This document shows, one piece after another, positions 1 to 12,719 of a DNA stretch of 64,000 bases. Made by a program: the position numbers and the translations under genes. Location: the NCBI GenBank assembly GCA_050084985.1, contig JBITNC010000001.1, forward strand, positions 163,990,001-164,054,000, written 5' to 3'. The notes below the pieces were generated by a model. It had not been told where the DNA came from, did no database searches, and saw only the letters and a list, made by a program, of their open reading frames with translations. Source of the DNA: Nageia nagi (taxonomy: Eukaryota > Plantae > Pinophyta). Within the stretch, counting starts at the first letter, position 1; every line of letters begins with the position of its first letter.

Positions 1-439
1 CATTTACTTGTGTTATTGCTTGAGATCTTGCCCTAGTTACCTTAACGTTGCATATTAAGGGTTTATTTATGAGTTTATGCACTTGCTACTAGACTTTGGG
101 TCACCTTTGGTCTAGACATTGGATTTGTGGATGCTATTTCTTGTCATTCTGCTTCTTAGACGTTGGGTTTGCATGGAGTATTGGCATTATTTTGAGCATT
201 TTGATGAGATTTGATATTCCTAGCCTAGATGTTGGGTTTTTGCAATAAAATATTGCACTTGAGGTTGGACGTTTGCATTTTTTGAGCACAAATAGGGCAT
301 TTTGGGTATCTGAAGTGCATGAACAAATTAATTGTGAGTTTTGGTGAATTTTAGTAATTTTTATGAGCTCCGTTTGGGCAAAATTCCGAACCAGCCCTAG
401 TTCGGAATATTTCAATGCGCTACTCCTATCATGAACAAT

Positions 440-1888
440 TCCACTTCAATCATGGCTCTTGACATCTTGTTATGTGCTAGAATGCGTGCGATTGTTCATC
501 AAGAATAATTGTAAATGGCTCTGGAAGGATCTTTGTGCCCATCTTCAATCAAAATTACAGAAGATCTACACAGAAAGAGGTGAAGAGAGATATGATGATG
601 TTGAAGAATCACATTTGTTGAGGCACACCATAGATATCAAATTGCAAGTGGTTTTAAGAACCATGGTTGATTTCATGTTGAAGGCAATTTGCTTTGTAAT
701 GTAAAAGTTGTTGGTCTTTGGAATAATTAAAAAAAATGGAGTGCATGGTCGGTGGTACCCAACATTGCTAAAATTATTACTAGAAGTTCACATCAAGTGG
801 GGGGGAGGATATGTTCTTTCTTCATAGAATGTGCACTTGATCCAAAATTTGAAGATGCTTCAAGTTGTTATAGGCGATTAGAGAAAATGAAGACTTGATG
901 ATCTATAATCGACAAAGTAAACTTTGTAAATAGTGATCTACTCTACTACACCTGGCGGTTGCGACGACTGGTGATCCATGCAGTCCGGTAGGATGAGAAG
1001 GTTACCATAAGGATGCTCTTGGTGAAAGAGGCAAGCTCAAAGATTTGTATGGGTAAAAGAAGGCCCATACTCCACTTAATGTGAATGGATGTGTTTGTCC
1101 TCATTCACTAGATGAAGTGATTGGTTGTGTTTGTTTCCAATCACAATTGTTGAAGATGATTAGCATATATGTGCCCAATCATATGTTGTAAACGGTAGTG
1201 TATATCCATGTTTACAAACTTGATATTGGATAGTGTATGTCCCCAAATACAAGTACGTGAATGGTAGTGTGTCTCCTTGTTCACAACTAATGCGTTTGGA
1301 TAGCATGTGTGTCCCTATCCAGTTGAAGTAGAGAATCATGAATGGTTGAGGGTGTCCCTTTTCATGGGAAAATGAAGAAGCATAGCGAGGTGAGTTCCAT
1401 TATTGCTAATCATGTGTAGATGTGTATGTCCCTAGTCATACCTTGTATTTAGATGAAGTTCTAAGTGTATTCATCAAGTGTTGATATTCCATCTATCCCC
1501 ATTTAAAGATTGATGTAATAAGGGGAGAGGGTGTTAGAAATAGTATTACATCACTCTCAAGTGATGAGGTTGTTATTGTCATTTGGCAGTACATGTCTAT
1601 CTGATGACTTTTAGTTGATGTGCATGGATAATCCATGTTCTGCCTGTATAAATAGTAAATACTTATCATCTCATAATGAAGTATATCATAGTATTTATAA
1701 ATCTCTCACTTATATGTTCGTAAGATACAAGTAGCAGCCCCCCTTTGAGAATTGCAAGCAGTATGGGTATACGTTATTTAAGTGATTTCTTTGAATTAAT
1801 TGCTATCTATTCGTTTACCAGGGTTCTCTATTTATTTCACCATGATTGTATGGGAGTCGTTTGTTTTATTGCTACCAAACTAATAACC
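440..1888 (+). mobile_element. Highly decayed 3' end of an LTR retrotransposon (probably copia), LTR about 1532-1888
   Basis: Polypurine tract aaggggagaggg at about 1520-1531 followed by TGTTAG; TATA-like tataaata at about 1647; ends ...ctaataac; upstream coding relic not clearly translatable. Confidence 0.45.
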
Positions 1889-1960
1889 CCAGCCCTAAAC
1901 ATTTTGCATATCTAATGTCAAAAGTTCATGTTTTCTGAAATGATAGTTGTGTGTCTGCAG

Positions 1961-2090
1961 ATGGGAGCGACTAGGCGATATGGCAGTGCTACCAATGAAT
2001 TCATTTAGAGATAACAGCTGGACTTGCTTTGGTATTGAGCTCTGGGCCACAGTGGCAAGGGTGCTTGGTGTGCGACGTGTAGCTCGTCAG
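1961..2090 (+). CDS. TYW2: Internal exon of tRNA wybutosine-synthesizing protein 2/3/4 (start of TYW2 SAM-dependent aminocarboxypropyltransferase domain); upstream exons are outside the window
   Basis: ctgcag acceptor ending 1960, GTTAGT donor at 2091; encodes WERLGDMAVLPMNSFRDNSWTCFGIELWATVARVLGVRRVARQ, matching the WERLGD..VLP / RLARQ motifs I recall from plant TYW2/3/4; phase 0 end joins the exon at 25552. Confidence 0.93.
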
Positions 2091-5000
2091 GTTAGTACTA
2101 TCAATTTTGTGTGGTTATTGTATTTATCATAGAAGTGATCTTATTTTCATGTTAGGGACAAGCGTGTCATGAATCGGGTTTTGGTATCTGAATAGGCATA
2201 CGTGTCCAAGACAACATTGCCATTGTTAGTTTTTCCATCGGTTGCTTCTTTTTAGCTGTTGCATAAACTTCTGTTTGTGTTCATTTTATGGGCACAGGTT
2301 ACCCAGAATACCTCAAATCACATTTATATTATTATCATGGTTACTGGTAAGTGGTAACAAAGGATTAAAAATTCTAACTTGCATCTTGCAGAAACATGGT
2401 GGACCATCACAAAAAAACACCATTCTCAGAAACCAACCCAGCAACCAGCAATGGTAATACAAATGGGGAGAAGATAACAAGGGATGAACATAATATTGGG
2501 ACAACATACCTATCTCTTTCAAAATTTGTTTCGCAGCCCAGAACTGAGCATGCCTTGTAATGTTATTGAAATGGAAATATATGATTGATATTTACATGAA
2601 GATGATCAATGTTTACAAAGTTTGAAAGTCTTCTACCATTGGGCTTTTAACTCAATGGACATGATTTCTGGTGCATACCATATCATTAAGGTTAAAAATT
2701 TGATTCATTTTATTTTGCTTGTGTTGTTTCTTGTGCAAACCGTAGTCTTAATTGCACTTACTACTAATCTTGTTTCTGTGAGAGCAGTAAATAGTTTCCT
2801 TTTTAAAGCCTGTTATTTTCTTGATTGTATTAGATCTATTTATTCAGTTATTAACAAATGATAATACAATACAGAAGGTTTATCTTGTAGATCTTGGTTA
2901 GAATCCATCAGAATATACAAAATGTGTATAGAAGTTCTGATGTGGATAATATTGGATAACTAGGTCGGTCGTGACAAGATAGTCAAGTGGTTACAGAAAT
3001 AGGATGATAGGATGCTGGGATGGATATTGGCTGCTATCAACATCAAAGATCGGTTGCACCGGAGACGAGTGGTTGCTGATTGCAATCACTTTGAGGAGTA
3101 GACATTTGGGTAGAAAATGCACTGCCTGCGGTTAAATGTATTTCAGCCTTGAAGTAAAGAATACACAATGTTGTGGCAATTTCAACCAAATAACCAGTTG
3201 CTTAGTCTACAATTACACAGCCAGTAGATAAGATAAACGGGAGCAGTGTCTGAAGCTGTTTTTGATTCAAATGAATGTTGTGTTGCTTTATTAAAAAAAA
3301 AAAAAAAGTGAAAATTGAATCCCTTTATCTGCAATTACTTTTATTTGCGATCAATCAAGTACATGGCTATTTTTCATAATTCCTAGAGGATATGGTGCTA
3401 AATTTGTAACTGTACATCACTATAAACTATTTTTTAGGTAGTTTAACTTAAATAGTCAGTTGCTTTGTTCTTACCAATTTCACAGCGAGTAGACAAAATA
3501 AACCATGGCAGTGACATTTGACCGAAGTGGCTGTTGCTTGAACTGTTTTAAGTAAATATCTTGGAGTTTGTTGCCTTCATTATTACTAAATTAAAAATAA
3601 AGCCCTTCTTCTCCAAATAATTTTCATTCTGATCAATCAAGATGTACATGCCTTTATCTCATTATTTCTATAATATAATTTGCCAACTTATGCTTCTAGG
3701 GGCCTAAAAAGTGACTGAATGATCTAGTAGATGAACTTGGTTGGTGGAGACATTTATTGTAGATAGGAAAATCTCTTGTAGTCAATTTAAAAAGAAAGCA
3801 ATCATTTTCTCATGCATGAAGTATGACAGACCCTATCAAATTTTGACGCTTAATCCATTTGATTATTACGTGAACTTGGGGTCTTTGCATATAATTGATA
3901 CAAAGAATATAGGGTTCATTGTATATAATCAATAAACTATACATACTATGTATAATAAATAATAACATAAATGGTGGTGTTTAGAATACATTGTACAACT
4001 TTATCCATATATATGTCCACCAAAAGGTACCTTATGAAGGGATGCTTGCCTTTGACCATTAATACATAATACATATTACTCTTTTGGTTAAGGTAAAAAA
4101 AGGGTTTGAAAGCTCTGTACCCTTATACAATACAAAAGAAGGCTAGCCCATTATTACTTACCTGGAAACCATCAAACAACCTAGCGAAAGAAAAGATCTG
4201 AAAAAACAGCTGCAAAATGTGACAGTCCTTGCTTCATAAAGCAACAAGCAGATTCTTGAATCAAACGAACTTTAAGTGATTAAACCTTTCTATTCCTATT
4301 TCAGTTGATCTCCTTTTCCCATTAATACATAATATTATTAATGATTAATTTAGGTGTATAATATCTTACCCCACCTTACACATGCTTTTCATTGAAACAG
4401 TAGGGGAGAGTAGGATGAAAATATGATATCCCTTTTGTATTGTTGGAAATAATTATGGAATCCAATGGATTCCTCTTTGGAATATATTTTATTATTAAAT
4501 TATCTTTTAAGTCATTGCTTGGGATAGAAAACTTAATGGGTCAATGGACCCCATTGTGAGCCCCAAGTGGGATGTCTCCCTCCCAAGCTTAGATTAGGAG
4601 TTTTAATGTACTTGGAGATCCCGATCATGATTGTGGGAATCCCAAGGTCCATTTAGCACTTAGGAGATGGGATGAGCACTTATGTACATGCGCTAGCCTT
4701 GGGGAGACGCCTAGACCCCCATGTTGGCCTATGATGACACCTAGGCCCCACACATGGCACCTAGACCCACGTTAGGCATGCGTGGCACTCTAGACCTCCA
4801 TGTTTGCACTTATGACACTCAAGCCCCCCACGTTGGCCTGCTTGACCCCTAGGCACCCACGTTGGGTATTTTGGGCCCTCCAAGAGGCTAACGTTGGATT
4901 AGAGGAGTTGGAAATGATTTCTAGGTGAGATCCAAATTCAGCCAAGTGTTATTAGAGGACATTGGAGCCTCATTACTGGATATTCTTAATCATTATTACA

Positions 5001-7224
5001 CTCATACCGTCTAGAGGACAAGAAGACTTAGTGGTGCTAAGCAAACCCCTAGGTGCATCATCTAGGAGGGTTATTAGGCTGAGGGATCTTGTTATGGCAT
5101 TGGTGTAGCACCCTTGCCCAACTGGTGGTATTTCGAGGTTGAGCTTCTGCCATTTAGTTGGCCTCCAGGATTAGAGGAGGGTTCCTTCGATGGAGAGGAT
5201 TTGAGTTCTGAGGGAGCAAGACTGTCCCATTCGTCAGTCCAGTTTGAGGATTTGCATTGTGCCCTAGTTGACTCCTTGGAGGTCAATGTCTAGCTCTAGG
5301 AGCTTGGTATTGTATTGTATTTCATCTCATATCATAATACAACCATTGGGCCATTTGATCTCCATTTCATATTGTGTACTTGTTCATGTTTGCAACGTTG
5401 AGGTATCTTTGCATGTATGCGATTGTATAAGCCATACGTTGGCATTTTCCCTTGTTGTATATTGCTATCTGTTAGTTTGGGCCAGACATTGGCATTTTTG
5501 TGTTATTCATGCTTGTAATTGATGCCCTAAACCTAACGTTGGCACCTTGAGATTATTTGAGCTTGCATTTACACTTCTAGGCTTAACGTGGGCATTTGCT
5601 TGGCTGGAACTGATAACTTTATTTTGAGATCACATTCTGGATCATCACAAGTGGTATCAGAGCTTGGATCTGGTCAACCTGTTTATGAAACCTCTAGTAC
5701 ATTGCTATTACACCAGATCCAACACTTGGAGAGAAATAACGTCCGCAAGGAAGAGCAGGAAGCCACATACCAAAGAGACACCTTCTAGGGCCATCCATGA
5801 GGAGGATCATCGGTAGCGGATGAATGAGGCGTTGAATGAAGGTGAATACGGAAAGGAGGATGATGCGCCAAGGGGAAGATCCACATCGGCCAGGAGAAGA
5901 AGTTCTACTTCGGTTCGGGATTCCACACCTGAACGAATTTTCAATGAGCTTATTTCGACCATCCATAACATGATGGGAGCCATCACCACCATGCAAGGAC
6001 AGCTGAATAGGCATGTGGGTGTTCGTGAGGAACCAAAGAGGCAAGTTAGCCCCCATGTCCTATTCTAGATGACAAAGAGGAGCTGCATGAGGAGGATAGG
6101 GAGGGCAGACAGGGAGCCGAGCATGAGGAGATCCTTAGCATAAGAGATCGGGAATCTATTCATCATGGATCTATAGGTCATCTAGAACCCACATTCTTGA
6201 GATTCCATTCACATCGAGCACCACATGGTACTAACCCTCTCCTAGGGAGGTACTTGGAGGAGGACGTTGGCAAAATGGGGGAACAACCCATCATCCCCAA
6301 GCCGTCCAAACCTATGTTTCCAAAAACGTTTGGAGATGAGATGAAGAACAAGGTTCCTGGCCCAATAGAGCTGAATTAGATTTTTAGGGAGTATTCCATG
6401 CTGGATCCAGGGTTGAAGAGAGGTGTTAACTTCAATGGCTGCCTGGATATCCTAGGGTTGAAAGTGAGCAACACACATGGCCTACATACCCCAAGCAGCT
6501 CGTGGGGAGACAAGAGAGACCTGCAACAGAAAATAAATAAAATGCAGGTACAAAATCTATGATGGGAAGCAAATGATTGCTAGGACATGGTTGCATCAGC
6601 TGCAAACTTACTTCACCTTGACCTCGAACATGGTAAAGGAGGATGTGATCCATTTTGCATCTTTACATTTTGAGGGTGATACCCTTAAATGGTGGTAGCA
6701 TGGAGTGATCAACTAGGATTACTCGTTCATCACCTCTTTTGATGAGTTTTCTAAATGGTTGGTTAAGAGGTTTGATCGAAAGAAGGAGAATGACTACTTT
6801 CGGGATTTGACTTCATTAAGGCAACAAGGAGCAATGGATGAGTATGTGAGAGTTTCAAAAAACCGCAATCATGGTCCACCACATTCAGGAGGAACGATTG
6901 ACATTCCTCCTCATCGAGGGTTTGATGGAGCCACTGTAGGGAAGGGTCAAGGTGTCCTCTCCTAGGAACCTTGATGATGCTATTAGGGTTGTGTATGATC
7001 TTGAGCTGATAGTGAAATTTCTCAAGGGAGGGCAAATGTTCAAGGGACTAACCATGCGGAAGACCTATGCAGACAAGGAGTGGCCTAGCAATGCCAAACC
7101 CTTTCCCCCACCCTGAACGAACCAATTAGACATAGCTACATGGAGGAAGTTGAGTGAGGAAGGCAAGTGATTCTACTACAGGAAGACTTGGGAGCATGGG
7201 CACTGTTGCCAAGGCAAGGGGCAA

Positions 7225-7760
7225 GTGCACTACATAGAGGTGTTCTTCGATGAGGAGACAAATGATTCAGACCTAGATCTTGGCGTGGACATGCTAGACC
7301 AGGAGGCACCTAGAGCAAAGGGAATGTTAGGCAACATGATAGCTTCTGTGCATGGAGTGAAGAAGTACCTCACATTGAAGGTGATGGGGCAAGCGAGGGG
7401 ACAGGATGTGATGGTTCTGATTGATCCCGGAGCATCTCACAACTTCATTGATGAGGGCTTTGTGGAAAAGAACCTGAAAACTAAGGGGTTTGAAGGGTTC
7501 AGAGTTTCCAATGCCAACGGGAAACTCACACTTGTGGACCACATAGTGGAGAGATTTGGAGTGAGGTTGCAGAGCTACACTGTGAGGGAGAATTCTTATG
7601 TTCACCTCTTGAAGTGGCATCCTCATATCATTTTGGGAGTGCAATGGTTGTTCAAGTTGGGAGATATTCACACCAACTATTAGAAACTCACCATGAGTTT
7701 CGAGATCGATGGGAAGACCCATACGCTGGAAGGAGTTCGCGATAATTGTCCTTAGGTAGA
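7225..7760 (+). pseudogene. Ty3/gypsy aspartic protease relic
   Basis: TLKVMGQ..VLIDPGASHNFID...IILGVQWL..LGDI; internal TAG at 7681-7683 then continues KLTMSFEIDGK. Confidence 0.9.
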
Positions 7761-7859
7761 TAACAAGCTGATGTAGGTGATTGAGTTGTGCCAGAAGAAG
7801 GAGGAAGCTGAGAATGGTGCCACGTTGGGCATGAGGAGGAGGGCAATAAGAAGCCCCTA

Positions 7860-8450
7860 CCCCCTACGTTGCACATCAGAGAGCTTGAGTATGGGACACA
7901 AAGCTTGAGGGACTACTGGCTCCCCACATTGGGCCTTGGAAAGATTGGATACCTCACTTTGGTTTATGAGGAGGATGGATACCCCACGTTGGGTCTTAGA
8001 GGAGCTAGATACCTCAACGTCGGGCCTTGGAGAGGTTGGATACCTCACGTTGAGTTCTGAGGAGGATGGACACCCCACGTTGGATCTTGGAAGTGCTAGA
8101 CACCTCACGTTGGGCCTTGGAGAGGTTGGATACCCCATGATGAACTTTGGAGAGGTTGGACATCTCACGTGGAGCCTTGAGGAGCATCTAACCCCACATT
8201 AGGTTTCAGGGAGGCTTGTTATCCAGTATTGAATCTCAGTGAGGTTGGATACTCAACGTTGGGTTTGAGGGAGTTTCTATTCCCCACGTGGAGTATAGGA
8301 GAGATAGGGAGTGGGATGATGAGCTTGAAGGCAGCTTGGTACCCCATATTGGAGGATGGGGAGGTTTCTTCCTTCACATTGGTCATTGAGGGAGTTTGGA
8401 ACTCCACGTTGAGCTTTGAAGTGACCGGGCCTCATACATGGAGCAAAGGC
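7860..8450 (+). repeat. 30-bp-period tandem array (about 19-20 degenerate units) inside the Ty3 element
   Basis: Consensus approximately tacccCACGTTGGGccttggagaggttgga recurring every 30 nt. Confidence 0.9.
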
Positions 8451-10099
8451 CCCACCTGTTTTCAGTTACCCATGATTTACTTTAGGTTCTTTCAGGTACA
8501 CCTTGCCATTGAACAGCTGAAAAGGAGTGACAGTTACATCAAATCAAAGTTTTCATATGCGTTATTGATGCATGGAAACATAGGGTTAGCATTGCACCAG
8601 ACTGCCATCATGGGGAGAAGATATTGAAGTTGTATTCCACCATGAAAGGTTACAACCCACTAGATTGAAGGATTCTTGGAAGACAATATGCTGCAGTTTT
8701 CCACCATTGCTTGAGGGCAAGCAATTCGAGAGGGGAAGCTTTGTGATATCCCCTTTGTATTGTTGGAAATAATTATGGAATCCAATGGATTCCTCTTTGT
8801 AATATATTTTATTATTATATTATCTTTTAAGTCATTGCTTGGGATAGAAGACTTAATGGGTCAACGGACCCCATTGTTAGCCCTAAGTGGGACGTCTCCC
8901 TCCCAAGCTTAGATTAGGAGTTTTGATGTACTTGGAGATCCCTATCATGATTGTGGGAATCCCAAGGTCCATTTGGCACTTAAAGGAGATGGGATGAGCA
9001 CTTATGTACATGCGCTAGCCTTGGGGAGACTCTTAGACCCCCATGTTGGCCCATAATGACACCTAGGCCCCACACATGGCTCCTAGACCCACGTTAGGCA
9101 TGCGTGGCACTCTAGACCTCCATGTTTGCACTTATGACACTCAAGCCCCCCACGTTGGCATGCTTGACCCCTAGGCACCCATGTTGGGTATTCTAGGCCC
9201 TCCAAGAGGCTAACTATTGAATAGAGGAGCTGAAAATGATTCCTAGGTGAGATCCAGATCCAACCAAGTGTTATAAAAGGACATTGGAGCCTCATTACTT
9301 GATATGCTTAATTATTATTACCCTCATACCGTCCAGAGAACAAGAAGACTTAGTGGCGCTAAGCAAACGCCTAGGTTCAACATCTAGGAGGGCTATCATG
9401 TTGAGGGATCTTGTTAGTCTATGGCATTGGTGTAACACGCTTGCCCATTCGATGGTATTTCGAAGTTGAGCTTCTGCCATTTAGCTGGCCGCAGGGTTAG
9501 AGGAGGGCTCCTTCGATGGAGAGGATTCGAGTTTTGAGGGAGCAAGACTTTCCCATCCGTCTGTCTAGTTTTACGATTTGCATTGTGCCCCAGTTGGCTC
9601 CTTGGAGGCCAATGCCTAGCTTTGGGAGCTTGGTATTGTATTGTATTTCATCTCATATCATAATACAACCATTGGGCCATTTGATCTTCATTTCGTATTG
9701 TGTAGTTGCTCATGTTTGTAACGTTGAGGTATCTTTGCATGTATGGGATTGTATAAGCCATACGTTGGCATTGTCCATTGTTGTATATTGCTCTCTGTTA
9801 GTTTGGGCAAGATGTTGGCATTGCAGTTTTATTCACGCTTGTAATTGATGCCCTAACCCTAACGTTGGCATCTTGAGGTTGTTTGAGCTTGCATTTACAC
9901 TTCTAGGCTTGACGTGGGCATTTACTTGGTTGGAATTGATAACTTTATTTCGAGATCACATTTTGGATCATCACAAACAATCATTATCATGTTTGCACTT
10001 CATGAATCGCTTCCATAACGTAACACCTCATAAAAAATGTTGGTGCACCTTTCCGAGTCATCTTCTCAATTCTATTTGAAGACATTAAATGAGTTGGTG

Positions 10100-10450
10100 G
10101 TGTTTGATGACTTAAATTATAAACTCTTTCATGTTTATGGTGGCTAGTTCTTGTAACAATTCAACTTCTAGGATGGTCCAATTAGGGCTAAAACATATAG
10201 GTTGTTTTGTAATTTCTTCATGGTTATTTTAACCTTTTGCCATTTTCCTAAATGTGTCCTAATAGCTCCATCGATGATCATAAAATCAAAATATTTAGCT
10301 GGGTATAGAAATAGATTAAGAATTTCTGCAATGGAGGCATCAATAATAGTATGAGTACTTCTAGAGCCTATTAGAATAGTTATCTTATGTTTCTTAATGT
10401 AGCCTTGAATTTTTAATGTATTAGGAGCCAATGCCCGTATGGGTAGGGCA
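10100..10450 (-). pseudogene. Ty3/gypsy protease fragment
   Basis: ORF 10168-10533 contains TLKIQGYIKKHKITILIGSRSTHTIID, a decayed form of LIDSGSTHNFID. Confidence 0.75.
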
Positions 10451-11599
10451 CGCTCTTCTGGGCATGACAATGGCATTGTAGTGCACGACGGTGTCGTCGA
10501 GCGGAGGCTCCCATAATTTCTCCGATGTGGCAAAGTCCTAATAAGATGGTTCGATGCGCCTATTTGTGCGGTAAAACACGGTTGTGCTCCTAAAGTCTCT
10601 TCACCGGGTGAGATCCCTTGATGTGGGCTAACGCCCTAGGTACCCAACATTCGTCCTGAAGAGCAATCCGTAACTGACGAATGGCCCCATAGTAAAGGGA
10701 GGAATGAAAGGATTGGTATGCCTGATAAGCTACTATAAAACTTCGGGAACCCTAATAACCCCTCGTGCCTTTCCTCTGCAATGCCAACTGAGGATTAAAT
10801 GAGGATTGGATTTATTTATAGTGCCTGTTGCTATTGAAACTTTTGATTATTTTGCAGCTAATTGTTCATGATCCAGTCAGTTTTCACTTGAGTTAAATTT
10901 TTTTGGTATCATGAGTCTCAACATTTGGTTCATCTTGATATGGTCCTTCACAAAGGTGAGTTTGTTTTCTTCTTGTTATTCTTCTGAAATTCTTTGTTAT
11001 CCTTTCATGTTTCAATTATAAAACTTATTATTATTGCTTTGACAGGGTTCAAAGTTTTAAGGGCTTCGATATTCTGGTTTTCATCTACCTTCTGCTCAGA
11101 AACATGCCAACACTAACGTTGAACTATAATTTATCTTCAAATAACCATGTATTATGTATTGAATCATGGATTGTCTTGTTTTTATGCATTTGTAGAACGT
11201 ATCTGATATCTGTTTGAAGTTCTCCAATATGTTCTATCAATAGATGTTCTGGATTTCTTCTAATCGATGTTGTTCAAGATTCCCATTCTGAGGAATATTC
11301 TTTAACTGACCTGGTTTTTTGTAAGCTGTAATTACTTTAATTTATTAGTAGAGTCAATATTTAATGGTTGAAACTTTTTAAGGTAATCATCAATAGATCC
11401 TTTCCATGCAAGGTGAAACCTTCAATTTTTGTCTCAACTAATTGTTCCATCTAGATGCTTCTCCGTAACCCAAAAATAGCTATGGAATTTAATTCCAATT
11501 TGCTTGGATTTAATGTACCCACGTTCATGCTTCATATGGGTTTCCTTGCCAAACGTTTGTAATTAAATTCTGAAATTAGTTTTCATAGGTATATGAGTC

Positions 11600-12430
11600 C
11601 ATGTTTACAAATATGATTTTTTGAAAATATGGTCTGGAGCCAAATTTTAAATTTGGCCAAAGTTCGGAAAAAGGGAAAAATTCGTGGCACAAAAAATTGT
11701 CAAATTCTTATAAATAATGGAAAAAGTATGGGAAAAAATGGCAAAGTCGGCAAGTATACTTGGTTCATTAAAATAGACAAAAAAACATGCATTGGAACTG
11801 CCCTTCGGCGAATTTACACTGTATTTGGTGTTTTTCATTGTTTTTTCGACGTTTATACGACAAATGTGTTGGATTTCATGGTTTGACCAGTCAACTGGCA
11901 AAATTTTGACCTTTTTTGACCAAATTTGGCATATTTTTGGTGTATGTGCGTGCCATATTTTGGACGCACTTGTTGTATTTTTGAGGAATATTTGGCCAGA
12001 GGACAAGTCGGTAAATTCAGCGAATTTGGTCTCCGAATTTGGAAACTATGATATGAGTTGCTAGTTTCGCTGTTGTTCATTCCTTGATGTCCATGTTGCC
12101 TGAATTCATTTGTTTCCTCAATACTTATGTTTTTGGTTTCATTTGTTTCGTCAATACTTATGTTTTTGTTGGATGGTTCTTGGTGGGTCTGCTGAAGCTT
12201 AGCACATATAATACGTGGATGCCCACTCTCCCCATTTTGACTTCTCAATATGTTTTCACCTGTATTTTATCATGTTTTACACAATCTCTCCATATATACA
12301 TAGATATACATGCTTATAATTAAACTTGTCTAAAGTGCATATATACATTTCTTAATGTATGCATTATAGATATAAATATATTTTTTAGCTGTCCAATATT
12401 TTTCTTCTTGTTTTTAAAATAATCAAAACT
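11600..12430. mobile_element. Probable non-autonomous DNA-transposon relic
   Basis: Switch from A-rich to T-rich strand composition with repeated ggcaaa/tttggc/cgaattt motifs, resembling the bona fide MITE at 28867; termini not resolved. Confidence 0.4.
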
Positions 12431-12467
12431 TTTGTAGCAATAAAAAAATTTCCTTTACCAACAAACT

Positions 12468-12719
12468 GCTCGGATACCATGTGAAGTGATACACGAATTA
12501 TATAATTTATTATATATAACTGATAAGGTATATATAATAGATAAATAAATAATAATATGAATACTTTTGAATAGAATATCAGTTTATATAGATATCCACT
12601 TGAAAGTATAATATAAAGACAAATACCTCTTAAATACTAATACATGATATCATTAATGATTACTTGATATTAATATTATTAAATGTTAATGTTATTATTG
12701 ATGATTTAGATCTGTAACA
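12468..12719 (-). mobile_element. Short AT-rich LTR with PBS, internal region lost
   Basis: gctcggatacca (reverse complement tggtatccgagc, PBS-Met-like) at 12468-12479 abutting TG..; other end ..tgtaACA at 12719. Confidence 0.5.

Larger units (their letters stand above)
4422..9975 (+). mobile_element. Non-autonomous Ty3/gypsy LTR retrotransposon with gag and protease only
   Basis: LTRs 4422-5649 and 8742-9975 (about 1.23 kb, roughly 6-10% diverged by eye, ending ...tcaca); PBS tggtatcagagc (tRNA-iMet) 5652-5663; PPT gagaggggaag before 8742; decayed gag (ASLHFEGDTLKWW, LRQQGAMDEY); protease LIDPGASHNFI; no RT/RNaseH/integrase core; TSD not conserved. Confidence 0.92.

Noticed and set aside
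2870-3307. Possible retrocopy or LINE 3' end finishing in an A15 run
   Set aside because: No translatable homology and no TSD could be identified
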